The position numbers were made by a program, and so were the translations under genes. From Chloroflexia bacterium (GTDB taxonomy: Bacteria > Chloroflexota > Chloroflexia > QHBQ01 > JADMIH01), in the NCBI GenBank assembly GCA_035474135.1, contig DATINP010000180.1, positions 20,599 to 84,598 of the forward strand: a DNA stretch of 64,000 nucleotides, given 5' to 3'. Below the pieces are notes generated by a model. That model searched no databases and had not been told where the DNA came from. It saw only the letters and a list, made by a program, of their open reading frames with translations. Position 1 is the stretch's first letter. Every line of letters starts with the position of its first letter. Below are positions 1 to 9,327 of the stretch, piece by piece.

Positions 1-1386
1 CTTGGGCGCCGGTTCTTCGTCAATGAATACAGGGTCTTCGCTGAGTGTGATGTGTACTTTGCCGTCCACCACGCTGGGAGTGAGACGGCTGCCATCTTTC
101 ATGACGAGAGTCACGTTCTGGCTATCCACTGGTACATCTACTTCTTCGGGCGCCCCGATGTTCCAGAGCACCTGTATCGTTTGGTCGCCCTTTGTGAACT
201 TGTAGTGATACCGGTCGAACTGAGATTGCCACCTGTTGTCCACGCCGCGGGCGAGGGAGCCCAGCCCTGCGAAGGTTGCGTCCCCCAGTTGTTGGGTAAG
301 CACCTTATACGCGGTGTAGGCCGGTTTCTGCGACAGATCGTTGCGTAAGATGCCCATATTACCGAACAGGTCGGCGGGACCGGCATTGAACTTGTCCTTC
401 AGTTGGAAGTAGGAGAAGTGCGTGACGTTCTTCGCGCCCATCGCAATCACATAGAGCCGAATTAGCCGTCGCGCCTGCTCTTCCTCGCTAACGCCCAGGT
501 TGCCGCATTCACTGCATGTTGAATAGCCGTCCTCAGTGATCCAGATTTCCTTGTCGGGCGCGCCATGCGCAGCGAGCCACTGGTAGCTCATTTCGAGCCT
601 GTACGGGAAGTTCTGGACGACCGTCCTGGGGTCGGTACTTTCAGGTGGGCGGTCGGGCATGTAAGGGTGGATGGAGAGCACATCGAAGTTGAGTTGCCCC
701 CCGGAGTCCGCCACCACCTGGTCGAGGAATTGCATGCCGCCGTCATATGTGTCGTGTATGGACAGCCCGCCGATCAGCACCGTGGCGTCGGGGTTGGCGC
801 GCTTGACGGCATTGTAACCCTCGCGCAACATGTCGGCATATTTTTGGGCGCGGTCGCAGTCACACTTGAAGGTGATCTCGACGTCAGGTTCGTTCCACAG
901 CTCCCACACGTCGATTTTGCCTTTGTAGCGCAGAGCCATCTCGTAGGCATAATTGCCGTACTCCACGGGGTCTTTGGGAGCGTACCAGTACCAGTCGGGT
1001 TCGTTCGACCGCACGCCGGACGCCCACGAAGGTGTGGTTTCCAGCACACCCACAATCTTAATCCCGCGCTTCACAAGCTCGTTGACCCAGAAGTCGTACT
1101 GAATCCAATCAAAAACGCCCTGCCTGATTTCGATATTCGCCCAGGACATTTCCTCTCTCGACCACTGCACGCCCAGGTCCAGGGCGTCATCGAGCAAGGC
1201 GTATCTTTCCGGTTTTGGGCGTTCCAGCCCGGTGATATAAAGGTTCATGCCGAAGAAGGAAAGCCCTTTGACCGGGAACGCCTGCGCGGTGTTTCCCCCG
1301 CTGCTTCCGGCGGTTCCCAAAATGGTGGCCACCAGTGCTAACAATACAGCAAGCCACTTGATGGGCTTACGCAATCTATACTTCAT
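1..1386 (-). CDS. Secreted glycoside hydrolase, GH5-like (cellulase superfamily). The C-terminus is truncated at the window edge.
   Basis: My own reverse-strand translation starts MKYRLRKPIKWLAVLLALVATILG (signal peptide). It contains the GH5 acid/base motif WELWNEPD and the nucleophile motif IWITEDGYS. The open frame continues to position 1. The + strand ORFs at 565..1341, 2..205 and 52..348 are antisense shadows. Confidence 0.7.
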   Translation of the reverse strand, partial: MKYRLRKPIKWLAVLLALVATILGTAGSSGGNTAQAFPVKGLSFFGMNLYITGLERPKPERYALLDDALDLGVQWSREEMSWANIEIRQGVFDWIQYDFWVNELVKRGIKIVGVLETTPSWASGVRSNEPDWYWYAPKDPVEYGNYAYEMALRYKGKIDVWELWNEPDVEITFKCDCDRAQKYADMLREGYNAVKRANPDATVLIGGLSIHDTYDGGMQFLDQVVADSGGQLNFDVLSIHPYMPDRPPESTDPRTVVQNFPYRLEMSYQWLAAHGAPDKEIWITEDGYSTCSECGNLGVSEEEQARRLIRLYVIAMGAKNVTHFSYFQLKDKFNAGPADLFGNMGILRNDLSQKPAYTAYKVLTQQLGDATFAGLGSLARGVDNRWQSQFDRYHYKFTKGDQTIQVLWNIGAPEEVDVPVDSQNVTLVMKDGSRLTPSVVDGKVHITLSEDPVFIDEEPAPK

Positions 1387-1631
1387 TCACACGCCAACTT
1401 TCTCCTAACTCAATAGGCACAACTCAAACGAAACCTTACACCGCCAGGCAGTCTGGCATGGCATGGATCCAGGCGAGCACAATTGTTAATACCTAGAAGT
1501 ATACCCACGACCCAAGCCCTACGTCAAAGGTATCGCGCGGGACAGTTGGTCATGTGCGGGTAGGGGACCTGCAGAACCCCGGTACAAGCGACTTCGTCTG
1601 TAACCCCATAAGGATCTACTTCTCAGGTCGG

Positions 1632-1660
1632 TTGACAGGCTACGGCGAGCGTGCTACATT
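1632..1660 (+). promoter_or_regulatory. Sigma70-like promoter: TTGACA, 17 bp spacer, TACATT.
   Basis: ttgaca at 1632-1637 and tacatt at 1655-1660 with exactly 17 nt between them. The start of the small ORF lies about 50 nt downstream. Confidence 0.3.
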
Positions 1661-1711
1661 ATCCTAACGGCGCCGCCGGCTCAATCTTTTTTAGAAAGGG
1701 GGCAGAGTCAC

Positions 1712-1804
1712 ATGGGAGATAAAAGTCCGAAGAACAACGACAAGAAGCGTATGCAGAAGACCAAGCAGACTTCCAAGGAGAAGAAAGCGACCCCAGCCAA
1801 GTAG
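1712..1804 (+). CDS. Small lysine-rich protein, 30 aa (MGDKSPKNNDKKRMQKTKQTSKEKKATPAK).
   Basis: ATG is preceded by a gaaaggggg RBS-like sequence. It sits in an intergenic gap with the promoter-like motif above. It is not in the ORF track because it is under 60 aa. Confidence 0.3.
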   Translation: MGDKSPKNNDKKRMQKTKQTSKEKKATPAK

Positions 1805-1912
1805 CATGCCTTTTGCACGATGTTCATTCAGCCCAGGGCGGCCCCTTGTATAACTGTTCAGTTAGGCAAGCAGCCGCCCTTCTTTATGCCCACAAATTGC
1901 TAGCCCCGCTGC

Positions 1913-3244
1913 CTAAGTCGTTTTGTTTCTGCTTGCCAGCCACTCACGGACAAATCTTTCCTCGTCGGCTTTGGTAGCCACTTTGCCATCCAGGCGGGCA
2001 TCGAGCGAGGCGTCAAGTACCTCCCGATAGATAGGCCCGGCCTCGATTCCCAGTTTCCGCAGGTGGTCGCCGGTAATAGCCAACTTGACATAACGCAACG
2101 TGGTCAGGTAAAGGTGAAGGCGGTCCCACTCGACACTATTGTGCGACGATGGATTGATCCGGGCGACTGCTTCCAGGCTAGCGCCGTTGAGGGGTTGGAG
2201 CAGCCGGTAGACCTGCGACGCCGCTAGCTCCTCGCCCCCCAGGTTGTCCCATACAGCCATCAGCCTTACCGCATCGCGCATGAGCTTGATTAGAGGGAGG
2301 GGCATCCGCAGGAACCTCGCCAGCCCTTCGGCGAGTACAGCGTCCTTGCCCGCGAAGTGGATCGCCAGCGCAGCAAGATGGGTTTCCAGCCGTGCTTGCT
2401 TATCACCCTGCACAGGTTCCATAGCACCCGCTGCGAAGGGCCACGCCAACTCAGGGTAGATGTTGCCCAGCACGCCCAGCTTATCGAGCAACGCCATTAC
2501 GTCGCTGCCCTTTCGCTCCTGCATGATCAGCAGGAGTTCTCGCGTTACCCGATCCATCGAGATGTTTGACAGGAGGCTGTCACGCACGGCCAGCAGTATC
2601 AATTCGAGAGTATGTCGTTCGATCTCGAAACCCAGGCGTACGGCAAGCTTTGCTGCCCTAAAGATGCGAGTGGGGTCGTCCTCAAAACTTTGGTCATGCA
2701 GCACACGGATGAGGCCCGCGCTCAAGTCGGTCACACCGCCCTTCGGGTCAAGCAGGTCGCCGAAGCCATCGGGCATCAGGGGCACCGCCATTGCGTTCAC
2801 GGTGAAGTCACGCCTAGCCAGGTCCTCTTCTATGCTCGCAGGTTCGACCAGGGGTAGCGCCCCGGGGCGCTCATATCGCTCGCGACGGGACGTTACTATG
2901 TCCATTGTGAAGGGGTTCCCATCGAACAACAGCGTGGCCGTGCCGAACTCGCTGTGCACGTCGACTTTGGCCCCTGCCTTGCCGGCTACCTTGCGTGCCA
3001 GCGCCGGTGCATCCCCCACAACCGACACGTCAATATCGTCGCTGGGGATATCAAGCAGACAGTCCCGCACCGATCCCCCCTCAAGAAAGGCGGTCGAGCC
3101 CGCGTCCTCCGCCTCTCGTGCAACGTCGTGCAGCAGATCAACAGCACCCATGGGCAAGAGCACAGGTAACTGTTCGCGTATGTGAGCATTGGGGTCCTGG
3201 GGTATGCTGGTCATGCGATGAACAACCCGCAGCAGAGCGGGCAA
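1913..3244 (-). CDS. cca: CCA-adding tRNA nucleotidyltransferase, polymerase beta superfamily.
   Basis: GGSVRDCLL and RRDFTVNAMA motifs. The domain layout and length (443 aa) are typical for CCA-adding enzymes. Confidence 0.8.
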   Translation of the reverse strand: MPALLRVVHRMTSIPQDPNAHIREQLPVLLPMGAVDLLHDVAREAEDAGSTAFLEGGSVRDCLLDIPSDDIDVSVVGDAPALARKVAGKAGAKVDVHSEFGTATLLFDGNPFTMDIVTSRRERYERPGALPLVEPASIEEDLARRDFTVNAMAVPLMPDGFGDLLDPKGGVTDLSAGLIRVLHDQSFEDDPTRIFRAAKLAVRLGFEIERHTLELILLAVRDSLLSNISMDRVTRELLLIMQERKGSDVMALLDKLGVLGNIYPELAWPFAAGAMEPVQGDKQARLETHLAALAIHFAGKDAVLAEGLARFLRMPLPLIKLMRDAVRLMAVWDNLGGEELAASQVYRLLQPLNGASLEAVARINPSSHNSVEWDRLHLYLTTLRYVKLAITGDHLRKLGIEAGPIYREVLDASLDARLDGKVATKADEERFVREWLASRNKTT

Positions 3245-3282
3245 TGCTATACCGTACCGTCGTAGCCTTCGGCCAATCCGAA

Positions 3283-4470
3283 CTAAGAATTAAGGACTTC
3301 CACTATGGTATCTATGACCTTCCTGTTTTCCTCTATTGTATTGTAGAAGTAGGGGGAGATGCGCACCGTGCCTGGGCGGTAGTCAACGATAATGTCCCGC
3401 TTGGCAAGCTCGCCTACTATTGTTGCGGGGTCGTCGAACTCCAGCATAACGATAGCCGTGCGCTCAGCGGGATTGGGATTGCCGCGCACCGTGAAGCCTG
3501 CCTCCTGTGCGTGCACGATCAAGTCTTCGGTGAGGGCGCTATCTCGCTCTCTGATCTTTTGCACCCCGATTTCTTCGATATAGGAAAGGCCGCCCAGCGC
3601 GGAATAGACGGCCGACATGCTGGGCGTTCCGGTTTCGAAGCGGGCCGCGTTGTCGCGCCACTGCAAGTCGCTAATGTCGAAGCTGAACATATTCGACATG
3701 CCAAACCAGCCCGCAATCGCAGGTTCCAGGTCGCGCCAGCGCTCGTGCACGTACATGAACGTGATACCCGAGCCGCCCATAAGCCATTTCAGGCTGCCGG
3801 AAGTATAGAAGTCGCAGTCACAATCGAGCACATCGGTGGGCACATGACCCGTGCCGTGATACGCGTCAACCAGCAGAAGTGCCCCCTTACTGTGCGCGAT
3901 CGCGGCCAGCTTCTTGATGTCCTGGATCGCGCCACTGGTGAAATAGACGTGCGACGTGACCACAAGGGCAGTGTCATCGTCAATGGCCGCTTCAAACATA
4001 TCCAGGGGGACGGTTACTTTGTCGGGGCTGCGCAGGAACTCCACCTGTAGGCCTTCGCGCTGTTTGGCGAGCAGGCTGTGGCCCACAGTCGAGAAATCTA
4101 GGTCGGTGGCAATGATCTTCTTGCGCTTGCTGAAGTCGAGCGCGCTCATGATGCCGGACAGATTGGCCGAGATTGATGGACCCAGCGCGATCCTGTCGGC
4201 GGGCGCGCCCACAATCCGCCCGTAACCTGCGCGCAGGTCTGCGCACTTGCCCAGCCAGGTCTTATACCAGGCAGACGCGCCCATCTCGGACCACAGGCTC
4301 AGGTACTCGTGTACATTGGCGATCGTGCGCATGCCAAGCGCGCCCAGCGAACAGGTATTGAGGAACGTCTTGTTCATCACAATCGGAAAGTCGTTGCGGT
4401 ATCTGAGCAGTTCGGGATGGGGGTCGGTCGGGTTGATGAAGGGGTCAGATTTCTTGTCGCCGATTTGCAT
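3283..4470 (-). CDS. PLP-dependent aminotransferase of class V fold (kynureninase-like).
   Basis: The SGSLKWLMGGSG lysine motif resembles the SxxK(Y/W)LxxGxG motif of kynureninase and cysteine desulfurase. 395 aa. Confidence 0.6.
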   Translation of the reverse strand: MQIGDKKSDPFINPTDPHPELLRYRNDFPIVMNKTFLNTCSLGALGMRTIANVHEYLSLWSEMGASAWYKTWLGKCADLRAGYGRIVGAPADRIALGPSISANLSGIMSALDFSKRKKIIATDLDFSTVGHSLLAKQREGLQVEFLRSPDKVTVPLDMFEAAIDDDTALVVTSHVYFTSGAIQDIKKLAAIAHSKGALLLVDAYHGTGHVPTDVLDCDCDFYTSGSLKWLMGGSGITFMYVHERWRDLEPAIAGWFGMSNMFSFDISDLQWRDNAARFETGTPSMSAVYSALGGLSYIEEIGVQKIRERDSALTEDLIVHAQEAGFTVRGNPNPAERTAIVMLEFDDPATIVGELAKRDIIVDYRPGTVRISPYFYNTIEENRKVIDTIVEVLNS

Positions 4471-4514
4471 TGGGCAGGCTCCTTACGCAGTCTGGAGCTA
4501 ATATAACACCTGAA

Positions 4515-4545
4515 TTGACAACCCTACAACCCCACGCATATACTG
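4515..4545 (+). promoter_or_regulatory. Sigma70-like promoter: TTGACA, 17 bp spacer, ATATAC/TATACT. It lies upstream of the VWA lipoprotein gene, and the region is divergent with the aminotransferase gene.
   Basis: ttgaca at 4515-4520. There is a -10-like atatact at 4538-4545, and a ggaggt RBS precedes the ATG at 4598. Confidence 0.35.
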
Positions 4546-4597
4546 AGCGTACGACCCGTTTAGCCTTTTCCTCATTTAGTGGAGGTTATACATAACC

Positions 4598-6325
4598 ATG
4601 TCCGTATCTTCCCGGGCATCCCGTCGCGTGCAGCTGCCGTTTCTGCTCTTTTTCTTATTTTCCAATCTTCTGGCTACCGTCGCCCTGGCAGCGTGCGACT
4701 CCGGCTCCAGCAGCGGCACGCCCACCGAACCCGACAATGCAATAGAAGTCACCTTCGCCTACTCGTCCGAAAAGCAGCCGTGGATCGATCCTGCTGCTGC
4801 CAAGTTCAATAGCGAGCGGCATACGATGCCGGGCGACAACCGCCCCATCTACGTCAAGGCCTTCGTCGTGGATAGCGGCACCGCGCGCCAGCAGATCGTA
4901 GACAAGACGCTCGAGCCAGTGGTGTGGTCGCCTTCCAACTCGCTCTGGAAGTCGGTGCTGAACTATGAGGCCGACCAGGAACTCGGAGGCTCGGGGCCGG
5001 GTGACGCTGATCCTCTCTTGCTAAACCCGGTGGTTATAGCTATGTGGCGACCCATGGCGGAAGCGATGGGTTGGCCTGGCAAAGCCATTGGCTTGAAGGA
5101 CATTCTCGACCTGAACGCAAACCCCCAGGGCTGGGGTGCGTTCGGACACCCCGAATGGGGTCCGTTCAAATATGCGCATACCAATCCTGAAGTATCATCC
5201 ACCGGTCTCTCGGCTGTGGCCGCCGAATTCTATGCGGGCGCGGGCAAGACCACGGGGCTTACCGAAGATGATGTAGACAACCCCGATGTGCGCGCCTTTG
5301 TCCAGTCCATAGAAAGCAGTATCGTCCATTACAGTTCTACCACCACCATCTTCAAGGACAATATTCGTCAGGGCGGTATCAGCTACATATCGGCCATCGC
5401 GCTGGAAGAACAGACGGTGATCGAGTTGAACAAGACCGGAATGCCCAATTCCCTGGTGGCGATCTACCCGAAAGAAGGCACGTTCTGGCATGACAACCCT
5501 TATATCATCCTGAAGGCTCCCTGGGTGACTGCTGACCAGGCCAAAGCTGCGGCAGTGTTCCGCGATTACCTGCTCCAGCCCGATAACCAGCAACTTGCTC
5601 TAGCGCTGGGTTTCCGCCCGGCGAACCCAAACGTATCGTTCCGCACGGACCCTTTCACAATTGCGAATGGCGTAGATGTTGATCAGCCCAAGACCACTCT
5701 GCAGGTACCCTCCCCTCGCGTACTTGAGGGTGTGAAGAACGCATGGAGCATCCTGCGCAAAGAGGCCAACATCATGTTGGTGCTGGACGTATCGCCGTCG
5801 ATGGACGACCAGGACAAGCTCCAGAACGCGCTTGATGGAGTGAAGATCTTCCTCGATGAGACGAGGGACGTGGACAAAGTTGGGCTGGTGGTTTTCGACC
5901 GCGATTCGCACCTGATGGTGCCGATTGACACACTATCAAAAACTCGCCCCAAGATCCTCAATTACATAAACAACCCCGATCTGTTGCCGCGCAACGATTC
6001 GACTGCTATTTATGATGGGGTGGCGGCAGGTCTTGATGAACTTGACCGCTTACACGACCACGCCCATATCAATGCAATTGTCCTGTTGACTGACGGTAAG
6101 GACAACTCAAGCTCGACGATCAACAAGCGGAGTGTGCCCAACCGGTTGCGGACAGACCGCGACCAGTTATGGGCGGTGAAACTGTTCCCGATAGCTTACG
6201 GTAGTGGCGATGATGTAGATAAGGACCTCTTGCAACAGTTCGCAAATATCACCCAGACGAGCCTGGTCAGCGGAGACGTGACGGACATCAAGAAGATCTA
6301 TGACCTGATGAGCAACTATTTCTGA
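4598..6325 (+). CDS. Lipoprotein with an N-terminal solute-binding-protein-like domain and a C-terminal von Willebrand factor A (VWA) domain.
   Basis: Signal peptide with a lipobox (LAAC). The DVSPSMDD motif matches the DxSxS MIDAS motif. The rest of the VWA fold motifs follow, including LLTDGKDN. Confidence 0.7.
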   Translation: MSVSSRASRRVQLPFLLFFLFSNLLATVALAACDSGSSSGTPTEPDNAIEVTFAYSSEKQPWIDPAAAKFNSERHTMPGDNRPIYVKAFVVDSGTARQQIVDKTLEPVVWSPSNSLWKSVLNYEADQELGGSGPGDADPLLLNPVVIAMWRPMAEAMGWPGKAIGLKDILDLNANPQGWGAFGHPEWGPFKYAHTNPEVSSTGLSAVAAEFYAGAGKTTGLTEDDVDNPDVRAFVQSIESSIVHYSSTTTIFKDNIRQGGISYISAIALEEQTVIELNKTGMPNSLVAIYPKEGTFWHDNPYIILKAPWVTADQAKAAAVFRDYLLQPDNQQLALALGFRPANPNVSFRTDPFTIANGVDVDQPKTTLQVPSPRVLEGVKNAWSILRKEANIMLVLDVSPSMDDQDKLQNALDGVKIFLDETRDVDKVGLVVFDRDSHLMVPIDTLSKTRPKILNYINNPDLLPRNDSTAIYDGVAAGLDELDRLHDHAHINAIVLLTDGKDNSSSTINKRSVPNRLRTDRDQLWAVKLFPIAYGSGDDVDKDLLQQFANITQTSLVSGDVTDIKKIYDLMSNYF

Positions 6326-6433
6326 GCCGTAGAGCGTAAACCAAACGCGATACGCCGTGCGTCCTTGCATGGCGCCTACGTCGTGTCGCGTCTATGCTAT
6401 AATTGACGATAAGTATCTTAGGAGCCCGTTTCC

Positions 6434-6868
6434 ATGCCAGATGGTCAAACTGATAATGAGTACGCGCCGTATCGCGTAATTGACGTTCTCAATTACGGAG
6501 GGTTTTTCGGCGGCGAGACGGTGACGCTCGATGCACGGCCATTCTCGGCCCCCGACCGCATCGTCAGCTACATTATCCCTGAGCACCTGTTCGACAATCT
6601 CACCCAACGCCACCTGATTCAGGCCGGCGTAGCTCTTGGCCTTGTCGTGGATGGTGGAGAAGTACGAGCGGCTCGTGTGCTCGGCGCACCCACTCGCGAG
6701 CAACTAAAGGAACTTGTCAAACCTCCCTCTCACGAAGAAGGGTCGACCGGAAGCCCACGTGCACTTTCCTACCGGTGCGCCCACTGCGACCTCTGGATCA
6801 ATGGAATGCCCGACCGTCGTGACGACGGCTATTACTACTGCCGGCTGTGCGGGACAAAGCTCGGCTAA
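6434..6868 (+). CDS. Hypothetical protein with a C-terminal CxxC...CxxC zinc ribbon.
   Basis: C-terminal CAHCDL...CRLCGTKL. A TATAAT-like -10 at about 6400 lies upstream. Confidence 0.4.
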   Translation: MPDGQTDNEYAPYRVIDVLNYGGFFGGETVTLDARPFSAPDRIVSYIIPEHLFDNLTQRHLIQAGVALGLVVDGGEVRAARVLGAPTREQLKELVKPPSHEEGSTGSPRALSYRCAHCDLWINGMPDRRDDGYYYCRLCGTKLG

Positions 6869-6938
6869 CCACGTACCACCCAACCTCATTTATGCCAGGT
6901 CACGATGTTGACCCAAGAATAAACCTTCAGGAGTACCA

Positions 6939-8015
6939 ATGGACGATACGTTACAAATGCTCAAAGACCTCACCGATGCGCCCGGCGTGCCCGGTCAGGA
7001 AGGACCTGTACGCGAAGTTATGGCGCGCTACCTTGCCCCACATGGCGAATTGATGTACGACAACCTCGGTTCCATAGTTGCCATGAGCCGCGGTAAGCAT
7101 GCGGGCGATGATGCGCCCCGTGTTCTGGTGGCCGGCCACATGGACGAAGTGGGCTTCATGGTCACCCTGATAACCGACGAAGGCTTTCTCAAGTTTCAGA
7201 CCCTCGGCGGCTGGTGGGAACAGGTGATGCTGGCCCAACGCGTCACCGTGCGCACACGTAAAGGCGACCTGACGGGCGTCTTTGGCTCGAAGCCTCCCCA
7301 CATCCTCACAGCCGATGAGCGCAAGAAGATGGTCGACAAAAGCGAGATGTTCATCGACATTGGTGTGATGAACAAACAGGAAGCCCTGGATGCAGGTGTG
7401 CGTCCCGGCGACCCGATCATCCCGGTCTGCGAGTTTACGCAGATGGCGAACCCTAAGATGCTGTTGGCTAAGGCGTGGGACAACCGTTTTGGGTGCGCGG
7501 TTGCCGTTCAGACTCTCGCGCTACTGGGCGATAATCATCCTAACATTCTTTACTCGGGCGCAACAGTGCAGGAAGAGGTGGGGTTGCGAGGAGCCGGTAC
7601 TCTGGCCAATATGGTCAAGCCGGATATTGCAATCTCAGTTGACGTCGGCATCGCGGGCGACACGCCGGGCATCAAGAAGCACGAAGCCCAGAGCAAGATG
7701 GGCGATGGACCTATCATACTGATCTACGACGCTTCGCTCATTCCGAGCCTCAAGTTGCGGAACTTCTTCATTGACGTGGCAGAAGACGAGAAGATACCCT
7801 ACCAGTTTGACACGGTAGCCGCAGGTGGCACAGACGGCGGCCGAATGCAGCTTTCGCACAGCGGCGCGCCCACCATCAATATAGGGGTGCCCGCGCGCTA
7901 TATCCACTCTGCCACGTCGATGATCCATCTCGACGACTTGAATAACGCCAGCCGCCTTGTAGCGGCGGTTGTGAAGCGGTTGGACTCTGCCACAGTAGCG
8001 GAGTTGAGGAAATAA
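6939..8015 (+). CDS. M42 family metallo-aminopeptidase (FrvX / glutamyl aminopeptidase-like).
   Basis: Collinear with M42 peptidases. It contains HMDEVGFMV, several motifs that coordinate metal through Asp/Glu/His, and is 358 aa. Confidence 0.85.
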   Translation: MDDTLQMLKDLTDAPGVPGQEGPVREVMARYLAPHGELMYDNLGSIVAMSRGKHAGDDAPRVLVAGHMDEVGFMVTLITDEGFLKFQTLGGWWEQVMLAQRVTVRTRKGDLTGVFGSKPPHILTADERKKMVDKSEMFIDIGVMNKQEALDAGVRPGDPIIPVCEFTQMANPKMLLAKAWDNRFGCAVAVQTLALLGDNHPNILYSGATVQEEVGLRGAGTLANMVKPDIAISVDVGIAGDTPGIKKHEAQSKMGDGPIILIYDASLIPSLKLRNFFIDVAEDEKIPYQFDTVAAGGTDGGRMQLSHSGAPTINIGVPARYIHSATSMIHLDDLNNASRLVAAVVKRLDSATVAELRK

Positions 8016-8053
8016 GGTCGGAATTACCAGCACTAACCCCAGGAGAACCAACA

Positions 8054-9250
8054 ATGAAGTTGAGACTGTCAGAACGAATGCACAGGCTCGGTACCGAAAC
8101 CGCATTTGAAGTTGCAGCGCGAGCACGCGCATTAGAAGCACAGGGTAAGCCCATTATCCACCTGGAGATCGGCGAGCCTGACTTTGATACGCCAAAAAAC
8201 GTGCGCGAAGCCGCCAAAGATGCCCTCGACGAGGGGTACACACACTACACGGGCGCGACGGGCATACCCGAGCTACGCAAGGCGATTGCCGATTATGCTG
8301 GCAAAAATCGCGATATGAAGTTCGACCCCGAAAACGTGGTTGTCACTCCCGGCGCGAAGCCGATCATGTTCTACACAATGATGGCGCTCCTTGAGCCGGG
8401 CGACGAAGTAATCTACCCCAACCCCGGCTTCCCGATTTACGAGTCAATGATCAACTTCCTGGGCGGCGTGGCCGTTCCCCTGCAACTGAGTGAGCAGCGC
8501 GATTTCCGGGTGAACCTGGAAGAACTGGAGCACAAGATCTCGTCAAAGACGCGCCTCATCATACTCAACTCTCCCCACAACCCCACGGGCGGCGTGCTCA
8601 CCTACGACGACCTGAAGCAGATAGCATCCCTAGCGGTAAAGCACGATCTGGTGGTGCTTGCCGACGAGATCTACAGCGAGATCATCTACGAAGGCGAACA
8701 TCACACTATCCTCAGCTTCCCCGGCATGATGGAGCGCACTATCCTGCTTGACGGCTTCTCCAAGACGTTCGCTATGACAGGGTGGCGCATGGGCTACGGT
8801 ATCTTCCCCGGCGAGTGGATTCCGCACATCAGTCGTCTGATTATCAATAGCGTGTCCTGCACCTCGACTTTCAGCCAGCGCGCAGCGGTCGAAGCGCTTA
8901 CAGGGCCTCGCACCGAAATCAACACTATGCTCGATGCGTTCAGCCGCAGGCGCGACCTTGTTTATAAGGGAGTGAACGAGATACCGGGGCTGCGTTGCAA
9001 CAAGCCGGAAGGCGCCTTCTATTCGTTCCCGAACATCACCGACACCGGCCTGACCTCCCGCGAATACGCCGATTATCTGCTGCGTGAAGCAGATGTAGCG
9101 GTTCTTCCGGGCACTGCATTCGGTGAGTACGGCGAGGGCTACGTGCGCATATCATTTGCCAACTCGGAGGCCAACCTCACTGAGGCGCTCAGGCGCATCC
9201 GCAAGGTCAATGAGAAACTCCCCGCGATCAAGGCCGAGATAGCAAGGTAG
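8054..9250 (+). CDS. Class I/II PLP-dependent aminotransferase (aspartate aminotransferase family).
   Basis: SKTFAMTGWRMGY PLP-lysine motif, NPTG motif, and 398 aa. Confidence 0.85.
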   Translation: MKLRLSERMHRLGTETAFEVAARARALEAQGKPIIHLEIGEPDFDTPKNVREAAKDALDEGYTHYTGATGIPELRKAIADYAGKNRDMKFDPENVVVTPGAKPIMFYTMMALLEPGDEVIYPNPGFPIYESMINFLGGVAVPLQLSEQRDFRVNLEELEHKISSKTRLIILNSPHNPTGGVLTYDDLKQIASLAVKHDLVVLADEIYSEIIYEGEHHTILSFPGMMERTILLDGFSKTFAMTGWRMGYGIFPGEWIPHISRLIINSVSCTSTFSQRAAVEALTGPRTEINTMLDAFSRRRDLVYKGVNEIPGLRCNKPEGAFYSFPNITDTGLTSREYADYLLREADVAVLPGTAFGEYGEGYVRISFANSEANLTEALRRIRKVNEKLPAIKAEIAR

Positions 9251-9327
9251 ACGCTGGGCGATAGGCGACGCAGATCCCGCCGCCTATCGCCCAAACAATT
9301 ATTCACTCGCATTCGGTCGTTCCCGAC

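Noticed and set aside
565-1341. 258-aa + strand ORF, and similar long ORFs at 2460..3185, 2995..4050, 13858..14742, 17780..18397, 25852..26892, 16302..17276 and 61325..62230.
   Set aside because: These are antisense or off-frame shadow ORFs inside well-supported genes on the other strand or frame. Their translations are Arg/Ala/Pro-rich and low-complexity, which is typical of high-GC genomes. None has a recognisable motif.
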